DNA from: Paramecium tetraurelia
Lineage: Eukaryota
Assembly (NCBI GenBank): GCA_000165425.1
Contig: CT868219.1
Location: 500,728 to 528,592 of the forward strand
Reading direction: 5' to 3'
Length of the DNA: 27,865 bases
This document shows, in pieces, positions 1-12,366 of the stretch (within the stretch, counting starts at the first letter, position 1; every line of letters starts with the position of its first letter). The notes under the pieces were generated by a model, which searched no databases, was not told the DNA's origin, and worked only from the letters and a program-made list of their open reading frames with translations. The position numbers and the translations under genes were made by a program.

Positions 1-963
1 CCATTTCTTAGCATCTACATCCAATACAAAAGTATCATCAACTAATCTACTTGCTGTTCTGTTACCACCTTCTTTCGAAGTTACCAACTTGTCCACCAAA
101 AATGAAATATTTCCATGATGGAATAGATGGCACCATAATACCTGCCATATTCCACTTAGGTATTTCATGTGATATTTCTGGATCTACCCAACTATTATTA
201 TTAATATCATATATGATGACATTTTAAAATTGCGAAATTTGATTCCATCCGCCAAAAATCATGAGTAAATCATTCTATCCCATAATTTAAGAATTGTGTC
301 CTCCTCTAGGGTCAGGTGGTGTTCCACTAGGTTCTAATTGTGACCATTCAAAACTTTCACAATCTAAAACATATAAATCATTGAATGATTTAGTTGCATA
401 TCCAACTCCTCCATGTCCTCCGAAAACATACACTTTGTTCTTATGAAATGTTGCTGAATGATTTCCTCTTGGTTCTGGTGCACCAATCTTAGATTCAGCA
501 TTTTTAGGTTCCCCAGTTACTTTTTAATTGGGTGGTTAAGACCATTAGAAATTAGTAGTTCTTAAGATGAATGTGTCATTAAAACGGAGATTTGATGTAT
601 AGAACCCACCAAAAATAAGCATTTTCTCAGGAGTAATGGCGCATGCTGCATGATTTGTTCTTGGCAGTGGTGGATCACCAGAACATTATACTAACTTCCA
701 TTCACAAACATTTGGTGCTACTCTCAACGAATATACTTATATGTTAATTACAATATCTACCTTAATTATTTGGTGCTATCTTTGTATTTTTCTTTTCTGC
801 ATCTGGTTTCTTCTCGCTGTCTAATCCTCCAAAAAGAATGTGAGTTTTTCCAACAGTTACAAAAGTATGACCTGATCTAGGTGCTGGAATTTGTCCAGAT
901 TGCTTCACTTATACCCAAACTAATGGTTGTGGCTGTAAAAAGATATGAACATATATATACCAT
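1..963 (-). CDS. DYH5: 5' part (N-terminal kelch beta-propeller) of an outer-arm axonemal dynein heavy chain, Tetrahymena DYH5 / Chlamydomonas alpha-HC type; runs off the window
   Basis: Ciliate-code translation with introns 933-960 and 736-760 gives MPQPLVWVQVKQSGQIPAPRSGHTFVTVGKTHILFGG...PLPRTNHAAC...MLIFGG...PEPRGNHSAT...VYVFGGHGG...PDPRGGH...VPSIPSWKYFIFGG. These are kelch repeats matching my recollection of the DYH5 N-terminus. The motor domain is not in the window. Confidence 0.85.
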
Positions 964-1063
964 CTGTAATTTAAAAAAAAAAATTAATAATATCATACCA
1001 TTCCTATTCATATCACTTAAATAACTATTATATAGTAAATAAATATCATATATCTTTAAAAAT

Positions 1064-1556
1064 TCAAATTCTTTTTTGTACCTTGCCTTTCTTTTCATTG
1101 TATTCATCACTAGAAGTCATTGGAGAATGATACCCTCCTTCGCTAAACTATGTTAAATATTATTTACCCTTTTTGAAATCTCACATATTTACTATTTTTC
1201 TTTGTTCTTCTAAAATGATATTCTTTTTTTTCTTCTCCGCCTCCTTCATTCAAAACTGATTTTTAAGTTCCTGTTGTCTAAATTGGTTGTGAAATTTCTT
1301 AAACAAATGGCGATGTCTTGCTACTCTATGAAAATATTCTGTCATTCGGATTTATCTTGCCTTTCTTTTACAAATTTCCACCCAATTTAGAATTCTTCAT
1401 ACTCAAAAATCCTTCCCATCCTTTTATCACATTACCAATATGACCTGTTTCTTCCAAATATCTTGTTTCCTCGTCAAATATACTCTTCTCCAAATTTTTG
1501 AGTTCATTCTCTAAAATAAACTTCTTTTCAACAAGGTCTTAGTATCTCTTATCCAT
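1064..1556 (-). CDS. EAF6: Chromatin modification-related protein EAF6/MEAF6 (NuA4 histone acetyltransferase subunit), 155 aa
   Basis: MDKRYQDLVEKKFILENELKNLEKSIFDEETRYLEETGHIGNVIKGWEGFL...KINPNDRIFSQSSKTSPF carries the EAF6 signatures LxxLExxIxxxExxYLEET-GNxIKGW and DRIFSxSSxTSP. One 25-nt intron (1143-1167); TGA at 1064-1066. Confidence 0.88.
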
Positions 1557-1588
1557 TAATATATATATATATTTATATAAATTATATA

Positions 1589-2278
1589 TCATTATTTTCT
1601 TAGATATTATTCTAAATAGTATTATAGAGGACAGTTCTTTAATTCAAGAATCTACTCTATAGTAAAGAATTCAAATCTAATATCTAATTTTATAATTATC
1701 TTCGATCATCAATTTATGAATATTCTCATTAAATCAAATGCTGTTAACTTTCTTTGAGTGCTTAATCTGTGAGATAATTATGATTCTAGATGTCAAAAGT
1801 TTCCAGGCTTCAAATAAATCCTTATTTAATACCTAAACTAAATATGCTTATTTATAGATATTTTTCTAATATTAAAATTAATAAAGTACTTTCTTATTTT
1901 CTTCTAGTAGTCTAATTTTTTTTCTTAATTACTCCTCCAACATATTTAAGTTTTATCTTGATTTTTATTATCTAATGTTATTAATTTCTCATTCAATGCA
2001 TTGATTTTGTTGATATGGGTTAAATTTTATTAATTATTTCCTAAGCTTTTTATAGAGTTAGAAATTTTAGAACTGTTTGTTTCTTTATATTTGATTGTCT
2101 CATTTTAACTTATAATTTTAGCTAAGCTTAAAGATACATTTAAATCTAGTGCTAATAAAATGCTGATTCATGATTTAAGCACCCTAATTTTATTTAAGAA
2201 ACTCAAGTATATTACAATTATTAAAAATAATTATTAATATCTAAGGTACTAATTTTTTTCCTTATATCTGTTTCTCAT
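1589..2278 (-). pseudogene. Probable degenerate coiled-coil gene remnant
   Basis: The A-rich minus strand has a plausible 24-nt intron and coding-like stretches (MLEEQLRKKIRLLEENKK...VLNKDLFEAWKLL). TGA stops interrupt every frame. Boundaries approximate. Confidence 0.3.
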
Positions 2279-2408
2279 AATGCAGATATATTATTATTTA
2301 ATCCTATTGTAATAAAATATGTAATTACAACAATGCAAAATTTAAATTTATTAAAAAACATTATGGTAATTTAATGGTTTAAAAAATAATAATTTTAGCA
2401 ATATACTA

Positions 2409-2822
2409 TCAAATTATCATAATCGTGCTCACTTTACTATATCCAATCATATTTTGTTTTAGAAAATCATTCTTAATGATAACTTTAGTTTAATTTGATG
2501 ACAGAAAACATGAATTGATTTTCTACTTAACTTACTCTTCATTATCATTCGGAGATATTTTTAGAAGAGGCAGTGATGTATTTTTGTTGTTAGGAGTAGT
2601 AGTAGTGTAATTAGAATGTGGTTTGGTTCTATATTTAAGATTAATATTTTCTAATTGTGTATTGATTCTTGCAGCTTATAAAATTGGAGGCAAAGGTTAA
2701 GAAATTTGATCGCTGTAATCTTCTGTTTTATGAACTTATCTTTTAGTTTTCTTCCTATAGTATTTCAATTGACCACCATAGCAGATAATGTATTTTTTAT
2801 TTAGAATCTAATTTTTATTCAT
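2409..2822 (-). CDS. Hypothetical basic protein, 137 aa
   Basis: Intronless ATG..TGA frame MNKNQILNKKYIICYGGQLKYYRKKTKRQ...QPLPPILQ...MIGYSKVSTIMII*; no recognisable domain. Confidence 0.55.
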
Positions 2823-2840
2823 TAATATTTATATATTAAT

Positions 2841-3695
2841 ATGTATGAAGATTATGATTTCTCTAAAGATGAAAAATGGAATCTCTATATTAAATCAGCT
2901 GACAATTCAATGTACTATATCAAGTATACTTAGATCTAAGGAAAGAATGGAATATTTAAAATAGATTTGGTATAAGGAAAATGTGAACAGAAAGCATCAA
3001 ATTGACAATAATAAAATATCAAATGTTAAAGAGGAATCTAAATTACCATATTATATTTATAGTACTGAGAATATATTCAAAATGTCATTTATGCTTTTAC
3101 TGTTTATGCAAGGAGTAGCTTAGATATTTGGATATCTTTTCAATTTTTTAGCATTGTAAAGACAAATACGAAATACTTAAATTTAATAGAGAAAACAATA
3201 TGTGAAGCTTTTGATAAATAATGAATTCTTTCATAATTTAGTGTTTTTGTTCTTATTTCACTTTTTTGAGAGAATGCACAATATTTTCATATATAGTCCA
3301 ATTCTTATGCACTCCTGGGTTGGTATTTCAGAATTTCTATTCCTCCATCATAAATCAATATACGAAAGTAGCAAATTTTTGTGATAATTAGTTTAGGAAT
3401 GCAACAATATATAGATAAAACTAAGTAAAATAAGGAACTTATTATGATACAAAAATAAAAAATTGAAATTATTTTGTTTCCAGCCCTTTTGTTTGCAAAA
3501 TTCTTCTTTGATATAGGTAATTGGATATTAGTAATATTTTATCTCATTTTTTTAAAAATGAAATACCATACAAATAAGAGGTCTAAAGTAGCTTGGATTT
3601 AAATTGATTATTTTATAGAATCCCATTTGCCTATCATTATTGTTTCTGCCTATAGAGAATTCAGATAAATTGCTGTACATTTCTTTGTGGATTGA
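2841..3695 (+). CDS. TMEM33/Pom33 (UPF0121) family ER/nuclear-envelope membrane protein, 267 aa
   Basis: N-terminal YDFSKDEKWNLY...ERMEYLKQIWYKENV motif like plant TMEM33 homologues, several hydrophobic helices and FYLIFLKMKY. Introns of 22 and 29 nt give an intact frame to TGA 3693-3695. Confidence 0.7.
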
Positions 3696-3869
3696 TAAAT
3701 TTATTATAATGTAATCCAAGAATTCAATTTATAAAATATCTAATTAGAATTGAATATTAAATGCTCTTCCTGATTTAATATTATTATGATAAATTTATAT
3801 TTCAACTCCAGAATATATTTCAAATGTTTTTGTTAAAAGTATACTTATTTAAATAATAATAATTTAAAT

Positions 3870-4220
3870 ATGCGTTTTAGAGTGATTCTAGTGGTTTTCA
3901 TTGCTTTGGTTTTTGGCTATAATAAAAAGGACTCTTGCTAGAATATCTAAAAGTTTACCTATGATGAATGGGATGCGAAATTAATGTGCCCCAATCCTCT
4001 AGCTCCAATTCTAGAAACTTAGAATATACCAAAGGCAAAATGTAGCAGATTTAAACCTATTTTTGATTCTTCAAATAGAAAATTGAATACTCAAGATGTT
4101 GAAGAACTTAGATAGAAAATGAAATAGAGGCAAGAAGGAAATCTAAAATTTGATCACGATCAACAATATAAGTAGTATAAGGAATAATAAAATAAGTAAT
4201 AAAGAAAGGATGATTTATGA
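3870..4220 (+). CDS. Small ER-lumenal protein with signal peptide and C-terminal KDDL, 116 aa
   Basis: MRFRVILVVFIALVFG-YNKKDSCQ...LMCPNP...AKCSRF...QQRKDDL*; intronless. Confidence 0.8.
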
Positions 4221-4243
4221 TGAAATGTCTACTCTATAATTAA

Positions 4244-5947
4244 TCATTATTCTTTTCTCTCACCTCCCCAACAAAAAAACTATTGAAAAAAAGAGGGTTT
4301 CTTTTATTCTAACTATTATTATTAAGTCTTTTATTTTGTTAATTATTAAGTCTACGATTAGTTTGTTAGTGCATTTTATTGATAATTTTATAGAGTTTGG
4401 GATTTCTCCAATACTTTAAAAGTAATTTCAATATCCGTCATATAAGATAATTAACCCGTCCATTCATCGGCTTCTTGTATTGTTGATACTCTAAATTGCT
4501 ATTGAACTGTATTTTAATCATTTACCTAACATTAAATTTCTATAGATTACAATAATTGTGAACATTCGATTACATTACTCAATTGTTGAAATAGATTTCA
4601 ATTCAATATTTGAATATTCTTCAGTATCAACTAATTCCCAAAATAAAGCATGTTCCTTCAATGTAAGTATAACATTTTTCCATTGGGTTGCATTAATCTT
4701 CTTTTCAACTTAATTCTCTAAAATAGTTTTTCCCTTCAGATTAATAATTCTTCTTTTACTATCCTACATTTTATAGACAGGTATTTAATTAGTTCTACTT
4801 ACTTAAACAGGCATACTATTATTAATTTGTTAACATTTAATGATATAATCATGGAGTTTCTTAGCATCACTTAAATAAGGAAAAATTAATTCGAATACTC
4901 GACCATTGAACATAAAATTTATTTGATATTCATTAGTAACACTAAACCTCAAATTTTAGATTTAGTATAATTCTATAGTTGTCTCTATTACACTAATACA
5001 TATAATTATTACTTGTCAATGTTGCTAAGTTGTTTTCATATTTTAATAAATTTATAGTATCCAAAGTATATTATTAAGGAATGAACTTAATAAATTAATG
5101 AATCTAGTCTAAAGATTCAATACTTATGGAAGTAAAAAGCAACATCCATCTCTTCTTTTTAACTAATGGATTCTTTACAGACTTTTTTTCAACTAACAAT
5201 CTCAAAATAAACTCTTTGTTCTTATATTTTACTAAATATTACTTTATCACCCATAGCTTCAATTGTCTATTAAATATAGGATGATTTAATTAGTGAACTT
5301 TATGTATCTTGTGTTTTTTATTGAATAATATTAGATAAAATTTCTTCTCTTCTCAAATAAAATTAAATAATTGTTTGTATAGGTATTTCATGCCTTGAAA
5401 ATATTTATTGATTACCACTTAACCTTATTCATAGTGGATAATTCAGACTTAGTTTTGGACATTTAATTAAATGGTACTTTCAAAATGTCTAGCTGAAAAT
5501 CAAACATTATAAATACCCATTTTTCCTTTATTTCCTTGCTTTCTGCTTTTAACTAAAATTTTCTCTAACCAACATGAATAACAAACTCGTTCTTATTAGG
5601 ATCTAAATAATCCACTTAAACAATATTCTATTTTATTATTACTCCTTTATAATTAGATATTTCTAAATACCTTTTGGTTGATAAGGAGGTAGTAGAATAT
5701 CTAGTTAAAATTGAATCATTAATTTTTATATGGCTTAGGAGATTTGTTATGATATCTGTTTCATCATTTGCCGTTAATTTCAATAATTAATGTTTGGTTA
5801 TTCTTACAATTACTTTGTTATTAGATTAATTATTAGGTTTGATTTGATAAATTACACACCAAGACTTCATTTCAGATGTTAATTTAGTACTATGATTTAA
5901 ATAGTATAAATCTAGAATCAGGTTCTATCAACTTAAAAATTACTCAT
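4244..5947 (-). CDS. Protein with multiple PH-like domains
   Basis: PH-type segments NEFVIHVGQRKFQLKAESKEIRKKWV, KKKRWMLLF...NGRVFELIFPYLSDAKKL and QWKNVILTLKEHALFW...QFRVSTIQEADEWT; several 20-32 nt introns; ends FFCWGGERKEQ*. Start 5947 assumes a 32-nt first intron; the alternative ATG is at 5870. Confidence 0.6.
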
Positions 5948-6024
5948 AAGATATATAACCTAAGTAAAATTACAGTTTTTGTTCGTATAAATATTCTTAT
6001 ATATAATTTAAATAAGAATAAAAA

Positions 6025-7310
6025 TCAAAAAATTCTAGTTTTTATTTTTTTATCTATTAATCCTTTGACAGCATTGCTATCATAAAACTTTTCTGCGAAG
6101 GAGGATTATTAGGATTCAGTGTTCAAATTCTTAGACACGTAAGATCTAATAGGAAAAAACCTATACTTATTAAAAGATGATCTATATTATCCTTCAAAAC
6201 TTTATTTAGTACTAAATAATCTCGGACTAACCGGTCTTATCAATTTTGAAGGCACAGAATAATGCGATTAAAAAAAATGTTATGAAGTAGTTTCTTTAAT
6301 TAAAGATTAGGCATTCTCGCAAAATGGTCCTCTAGATGCTTATATAAAAATACAATTTAATGTGCTTTTGTAATTCAACTTTATCAGTTTTAATTTATTT
6401 AAAATTTTTGGAATAATTAGTTTCTGCAATAAAGGGTAAGGTTGACTACTATTTAGGGGACAATTATTAAGTAACTTTACCTGGATATTGGCCCTTCCAA
6501 TTCATAAAATTTGAGTTGTATGTTGATAAGAATGTTGATTAGTTCAAATTAGGATTGTATTCTGGTTTAAAATTATCAACTTTTTCAGAGTTCTACGGTA
6601 CAAATTATGACTTAAATATTGAAAATGAATACATTATAAACACTCTTTTTTTATAGATAAGCCAAATTAGAAGCATAATACTATTCATATGCTTTTGATT
6701 AATTCAAAAGTGGTTGATCTGGGAGATGTTTAGACCCAGAATAATCTCTTGAATATTAAGTTGTTTATTTTTTGGGTTGATAATATTTAATTTCATTAAA
6801 ATTGATGTTCTTATTTAGTAAATCTTGTTGAGCTAATTCTAGTTTGCATTAACAAACTTTCAGTATACTTTGAAAATATTCTGCATTATTATTGACAACT
6901 TCTTCAATGGTTTAATTTTATTCCACTAAGTCCTTCCAAATTTCGTGCTCTAAAGGAAATATCTCAATCACTGCTTAATACAATGTTTTGCTATTATTAT
7001 CAACCAATTATTAGTCTGATGAGTTAATTAGTGGAAATTAGATAGTATTCAGTTTTTTATCTTCTAAAATTGAGTTATTGAGTGAAAGCTAGAATTAATT
7101 TTCTTATGGAAAATATGATTATTTTACATCATTGTGATCATCTCTAATGATAAGGTTATTTTTTATTTTTAATACTTTCCTTTTGATTGGAGATTGATTT
7201 CTTGATAATTCTTTAGAATTCATTTATTTATTTGTAGATAATGATGAATTATTCGTTCTTGAAAAGTCATTATTTGATAGTATTCTTTTAACTTCATCAC
7301 TAATGATCAT
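6025..7310 (-). CDS. SAXO/STOP (Mn-motif)-like putative microtubule-binding protein, 406 aa
   Basis: Intact frame after 22-, 22- and 21-nt introns. Repeated T/S-x-Y-xx-D/N-F/Y motifs (TTQYSRDY, FLSTYNSNFMNW, PFIAETNYSKNFK, KETTSQHFF, QYRSSFNKSY) follow a CxC. Confidence 0.6.
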
Positions 7311-7471
7311 TTATTTTTAATATAAGAGAATATATTTGTTTATGTGAGGGGGTTGTGTGTGTCTATGTAAAAGGAATGTGATAAAATACTTTGAATTATT
7401 CTATAAATGTTTATATACGATTAAGATAAAATATAAGCAAAAACAAAAGTTTATTATTATTTTTATTTTGG

Positions 7472-10333
7472 ATGAAAAGTAAACATGGATAAGCTCAATT
7501 AATAAACAAGTAAATTATGGGAGTGGGTGGAAATGGTGCTTTAGCTACACAAGTCATAAAAACAAAAAAGAGAGAATTCTAATATCAGCAAATCGATTAG
7601 TTACAGCAAAAGAAAAATTAGATTTTACAGCCCAACCAATAGAACAAGAAAGAGATTGCTGCTACGAAAATATTTAGATTTTTGTATAAAATTTATAAAT
7701 AGTATTATTTTAATAATCATTATTTAAGAAAAGAGAAATAACATCGGTATCGAAATTTTGTAATTGAAGAGTTGATAAATACCGAAAGAAATTATTTAAA
7801 TGATTTGAAATTATTAATTGTCATCTAAAGTTAAGTTAAACAATGGCTAAACAAACAATAAATTGAAATAATATTTAATAATCTCCAATAATTGTATGAA
7901 TTAAATAGCTCTTTTCTTTAAGATTTAGAAGGGTTTCTTCCTTATAACAGATCCAAATTATTAGGTCCAATAATCAAAGGATTAGCTCCTTTTTTTAAAG
8001 TGTATTTCCCATATTATGAAGGATTCAATAAATCTATGGCAACTCTTAAATAATGCATAAATGATAAAGAAGACTTCAGAAAATTTCTAAAAAATATGTC
8101 CTCAATCAAAGACTATAATAATTAAGATATTGACAGTTTTTTAATTAAGCCTGTTTAAAGGATACCCAAATACAATCTCCTCTTAGAAGACTTAATAAAA
8201 CATACTGACAAAATTCATCCTGATTATAAAAATTTATGCGAGAGTTTAGAACTTTTTAAAAATATAAACGATGATAACAACAAAAATATGGATAAATTTT
8301 TATCCAGTAAATTGTTTGATATGGAGAAATGGTTTGGAAATAAACTAAGCTAGAAATTAGTAGATACTAAAAGAAAATACATCACAGAACTTTTAACATC
8401 AATTTTAGATCAAACTAATAAAGTCATCATTGTGACTGCTTTTATTCTTAGTGATTTAATCATTATTGGAGAAAGATAGGAAAATCAATACCAATATATA
8501 TAGAGTGTATTTTTAGATGAACAAAGTGGATGTTTAGATGTAGAAAATTAATAACACCTTTAAAATATTTACATCTTATAGGGTATGAGAGGGTAATCAA
8601 TTACATTTATAGAACAGACACCAAATGATAAAATTGAAAAAATGGCTAAGTTACAAAAAATAATTCAAGAATGCAAAGAGAAATCAAAATATACCTTTTA
8701 AAGGCAAACAATTCGGGCAGGGTCTGAAATAAAGGTATAATTAAATAAGATTAAAGTGACTGTGTTAGGTCTTGATGAAAGACATGAAAATTTGAGTAGT
8801 TATAAAGTATATATAATTGAAGTTGGCATCGAAGAGGTTTTTTAGAAATTATTTTTAAGATTTAGTTAATGTATTAAAATTTAGGATTATATTAAAAAGA
8901 AATACCCAACGACCTAATTAAATTTCTTAAAATAAAATACAACTTTGAGTTTATTGAATGATTAAAAGGAAATTGAATCAAGGATGATCGCGATTCCTCT
9001 TTTTGTTTAATCTGTTCTAATATCTGATATTACAAGACAGAATCCATAAATTTTGAAGGACCTAGGATTACCTGAGAATTTTTATGATTTGCCATCTGAG
9101 GCTGATAATTTTAGGAATCAAAGAACAGGCAATCAAAAGGCACCTGATAGATTCAATTATGTGACTCCTACTAGAACACTGATTAAGACATTTGACTATG
9201 GAAATGATTAATAATCTCTTTAGAGTAATTAATGCAATCGTAGATTATTAAGCGCCTCCTCGATGATGAGTAGAAATATTACTTTAGTAGAAGAAAAAAA
9301 AAAGTAAAAAGAAAAGGATGCTATTTCAATCATAGTAAATCATGCTATACCTAAAGAAAAGCCTTGGGAATTTAATGTTAAAAATAATACTAAAGTGTTG
9401 CACGTATTAGACTAGATTTAGAAGGTAATGTAATTGCAATAAATATATGACTTTAAATTATATATTTATGACAATAAATCTAGAGTGAAAATATTGTAAA
9501 ATGATGAAAACATATGTGATTTATTTGGGGATAGCTTTATTTTTGCAAAAAAAAAGAAAGAGCTTTGGTTTAAAAAGCTCTTGTATTAAGATATAGAATA
9601 TGAGAAGACCTTGTTATAGGCTGATAGTGCTAGGATGAAACTTTTATATTACTAATTAGTTAAGGACATCTAAATTTCTACATTACCATTTCCAACTTAA
9701 AATTAATATATTAAATTAGCTGCCATTCATTTGTATTTATAGAACTGCAATCTCTCTTATAATGTCATACAATAAATCATCCCATCATCCATTTTATAAC
9801 TTAAGTAAAGAGAGTATTGGAATTGTGTTGTAACCTAAGAATTCAAGGAATTCAAGTCAGGTATTTAAAATACTTAATCCACACTAATTCAAATCAATGA
9901 AACTGAAGATATTGCAAAAGCTAAATCAAAAGGCATTTTTTCATCAATCATTCAATCTAATCAAAATCAATTTTCCTAAATTGAGAATGTTAATGTTGAT
10001 TCAACAAAAGTAATGATTCAGTTTATTTAAGAATGTTTGAAAAACGAATTTTGCATTTAATAATTATTTTCAATTGTTTGCAAAGAAACTTTGACTTTAT
10101 TTGGCGAATAAAACTTATTTCTGGGTATTGGTTATCATGGAATTCGACTCTATAGTAGCTCAAAGGATAGAATATGGGAAAAAATCGATAAACCACAATC
10201 TTTCAATGTTTTCCCAGGATCTATCGAAATTGGATTTAAAGGTAGGAAGCTTAAGTTTGAAACAAATTAAGGATTTCAAATCTAATCTTTGTTTGATGAA
10301 TATTAAGCAATCAAATCTTAGAATTAAGAATGA
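7472..10333 (+). CDS. RhoGEF (DH-PH) protein with an IQ-like motif, a PX domain and a C-terminal FERM-like domain, ~950 aa
   Basis: DH signatures RNFVIEELINTERNYLNDL and FLIKPVQRIPKYNLLLEDLIKHTDKIHPDY; PX-like YKVYIIEV...LRFSQ; FERM-like ELWFKKLLY...KLLYYQLVKDI...KLAAIHL...LKFETNQGFQIQSLFDEY. TGA at 10331-10333; optional 27-nt intron near 7702. Confidence 0.88.
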
Positions 10334-10405
10334 CATGTTATTTTACATATCATTATTATTTTATTATTGTTATTAATATTTTTTATGATCATATTCGATT
10401 CATAA

Positions 10406-11840
10406 ATGAAGCAAAATGAAAATATCGAAGATGAATCTGAAGATAAGTATGAAGTAAAAAGGGATATATTAGATAATTATATGTACCATTATTTCCTATG
10501 AGAAAAAAACCGTCATCAGGATCTAGTCAAATATCTTCACAATCCACATCATAATCAACTTAAATGCTTACCTAATATAGAAGTATGTAAGATTCAAACG
10601 AGAAAAGAGAATTAGAAGCTACAATAATAAAAGAACTCATGAAAGATAAACGATCATCTGAATTCTATGCTGTTCAAGAAAATTGGATTTCATAATATAA
10701 ATAATATTTATATCAAAATGGAGAAAGACCAGGAATTTTAGATAATAATAATTGTACTTAATACATAATTGTGAATGAGGCAGTTTGGATTTTTTTTAAA
10801 TAAGAATATAAAGCTCATCCAGAGATTATTTGCAGATAAAAACATTCAAGAACAAATGATAAAAGATCAAAAACAGTAGAACCTACTATAAATCGTTAAT
10901 CCTGCTCTAATTCTTAATCCAATTATGAGTTGCCTCTGATAGGGATGAAAAATGATTCTTATTATTGTTATATGCATTCTGGATTACAATCCCTCTTAAG
11001 TATAGCTGATCTGAATTATTTTATAATCAAATACATCTAAAGGATAAATAAATAATAACTAATAGACAAAAAAAAGGTAAATGGAGTTTCATTTACTTGG
11101 GCTTATTTCGAATTAATTGAATAAATCAAAGCAAGTACTATTCCTATTAAAATTAACACTATTAAAACTCTGATCATAAGTTAATTTCATCCAAAAAACC
11201 AGCACGATTGTCACGAATTCTTACTATATTTATTAGGACATATTGAAGATGAAATATTAAATTTCAACAAGGAAACTAAATCAACTTATATAAACTTTGT
11301 AGAGTAGATCTTTAAAGGTAGCAAACTTTATATTTAATAGGAAAGCTTTAGACAAACATTATATGTCAAAATTGTAAAAATAAAGTAAAGTAAATTGAGC
11401 CATTCCTCACTTTATCATTAGCCATTTCTCAATCCAAAAGTCTTGAATAATGTCTTGAAGAATTTCTAAAAGAAGAAACTCTCAAAGATTATAAGTGTAC
11501 AAAATGTCAGTCAACTTGCATAAAGAGCCTTCAAATTGTTTCTATTCCATCAATACTAGTATTACACCTGAAGCGATTTTAATTTTTACCCCAATGCCAT
11601 AAAAACAACAAAACAATAACATATCCTATTGATATCCTAAATTTTGGCAATAAAACTTATAGACTCAGAGCAGTTATTGTTCACACTGGGAATTTATAAT
11701 AAGGTCATTATTTCACATTTGCAAAAAGATATCACTAATGGTTTCTTTTTAACGATGAGACTGTGAAAGCAGTTACAAAAAAATAAGTACTTATGCAAGC
11801 AGCATATATCCTCTTTTACTAAATTAATGAGAATCCATGA
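10406..11840 (+). CDS. Ubiquitin-specific protease (peptidase C19) with DUSP-like N-terminal domain, 461 aa
   Basis: Cys box GMKNDSYYCYMHSGLQ, QHDCHEFL, zinc-ribbon CQNC/CTKC, LVLHLKRF and His box VIVHTGNLQQGHYF...WFLFNDETV...AYILFY. DUSP-like YIIVNEAVWIFFKQEY. Introns of 26 and 23 nt. Confidence 0.92.
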
Positions 11841-12366
11841 TTTTGAAATTCAAATATTCATTCATATATGGATTCCAAAGTGTATTAAATTTGTAAATTA
11901 AATAATGGACACTATATTTGTATATCTTTTTTTTTGATACATAGTTATAAATAAAATATTATTCAACTCAATTTGTTATTAAACTATTGAATAGTTTTAC
12001 CAAATTAATGAGTATTTTATGTTGGACTGTTGTTATGTTAGCGAAATTTATATAACTATTTTTCTCTTAAAAATAAGAAAGCTACCAAAATTGAAAAAAT
12101 AAAAATCTGAATGACAAAAATCTCTTATAAATTAATGATAGTACTATAGGAATAAAAAAATCCAAATCTACTTAGAAAAATAGTTTTCCTAAAGAAATGA
12201 TGGATACAATAAGTGTGTTTAAGTAAAATTGAAAAAGTAAATTTAAAAATAAGATTATTCAAAAACAAACAAATCTTATAATAATATAAGACTAAATTTA
12301 GTATTTTCAATATATTTCTTAATTCAAATTAGTTATAAAAATACAATTATATCTATTTATCTATTA

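Noticed and set aside
877..1110. Track ORFs such as 877-1110, 10101-10376, 20417-20635, 20463-20702, 20821-21051, 21338-21520, 25436-25750 and 26142-26333
   Set aside because: Largely out-of-frame or antisense to genes recovered with the ciliate code.
6030..7197. Plus-strand signal-peptide/protease-like pseudogene
   Set aside because: No ATG and several TGAs; it is the antisense shadow of the intact minus-strand gene 6025-7310.
10940..10995. Divergent USP Cys box (NDSYYCYMHS) as an inactive enzyme
   Set aside because: The catalytic Cys, His (GHY) and Asn/Asp (FND) are all present.
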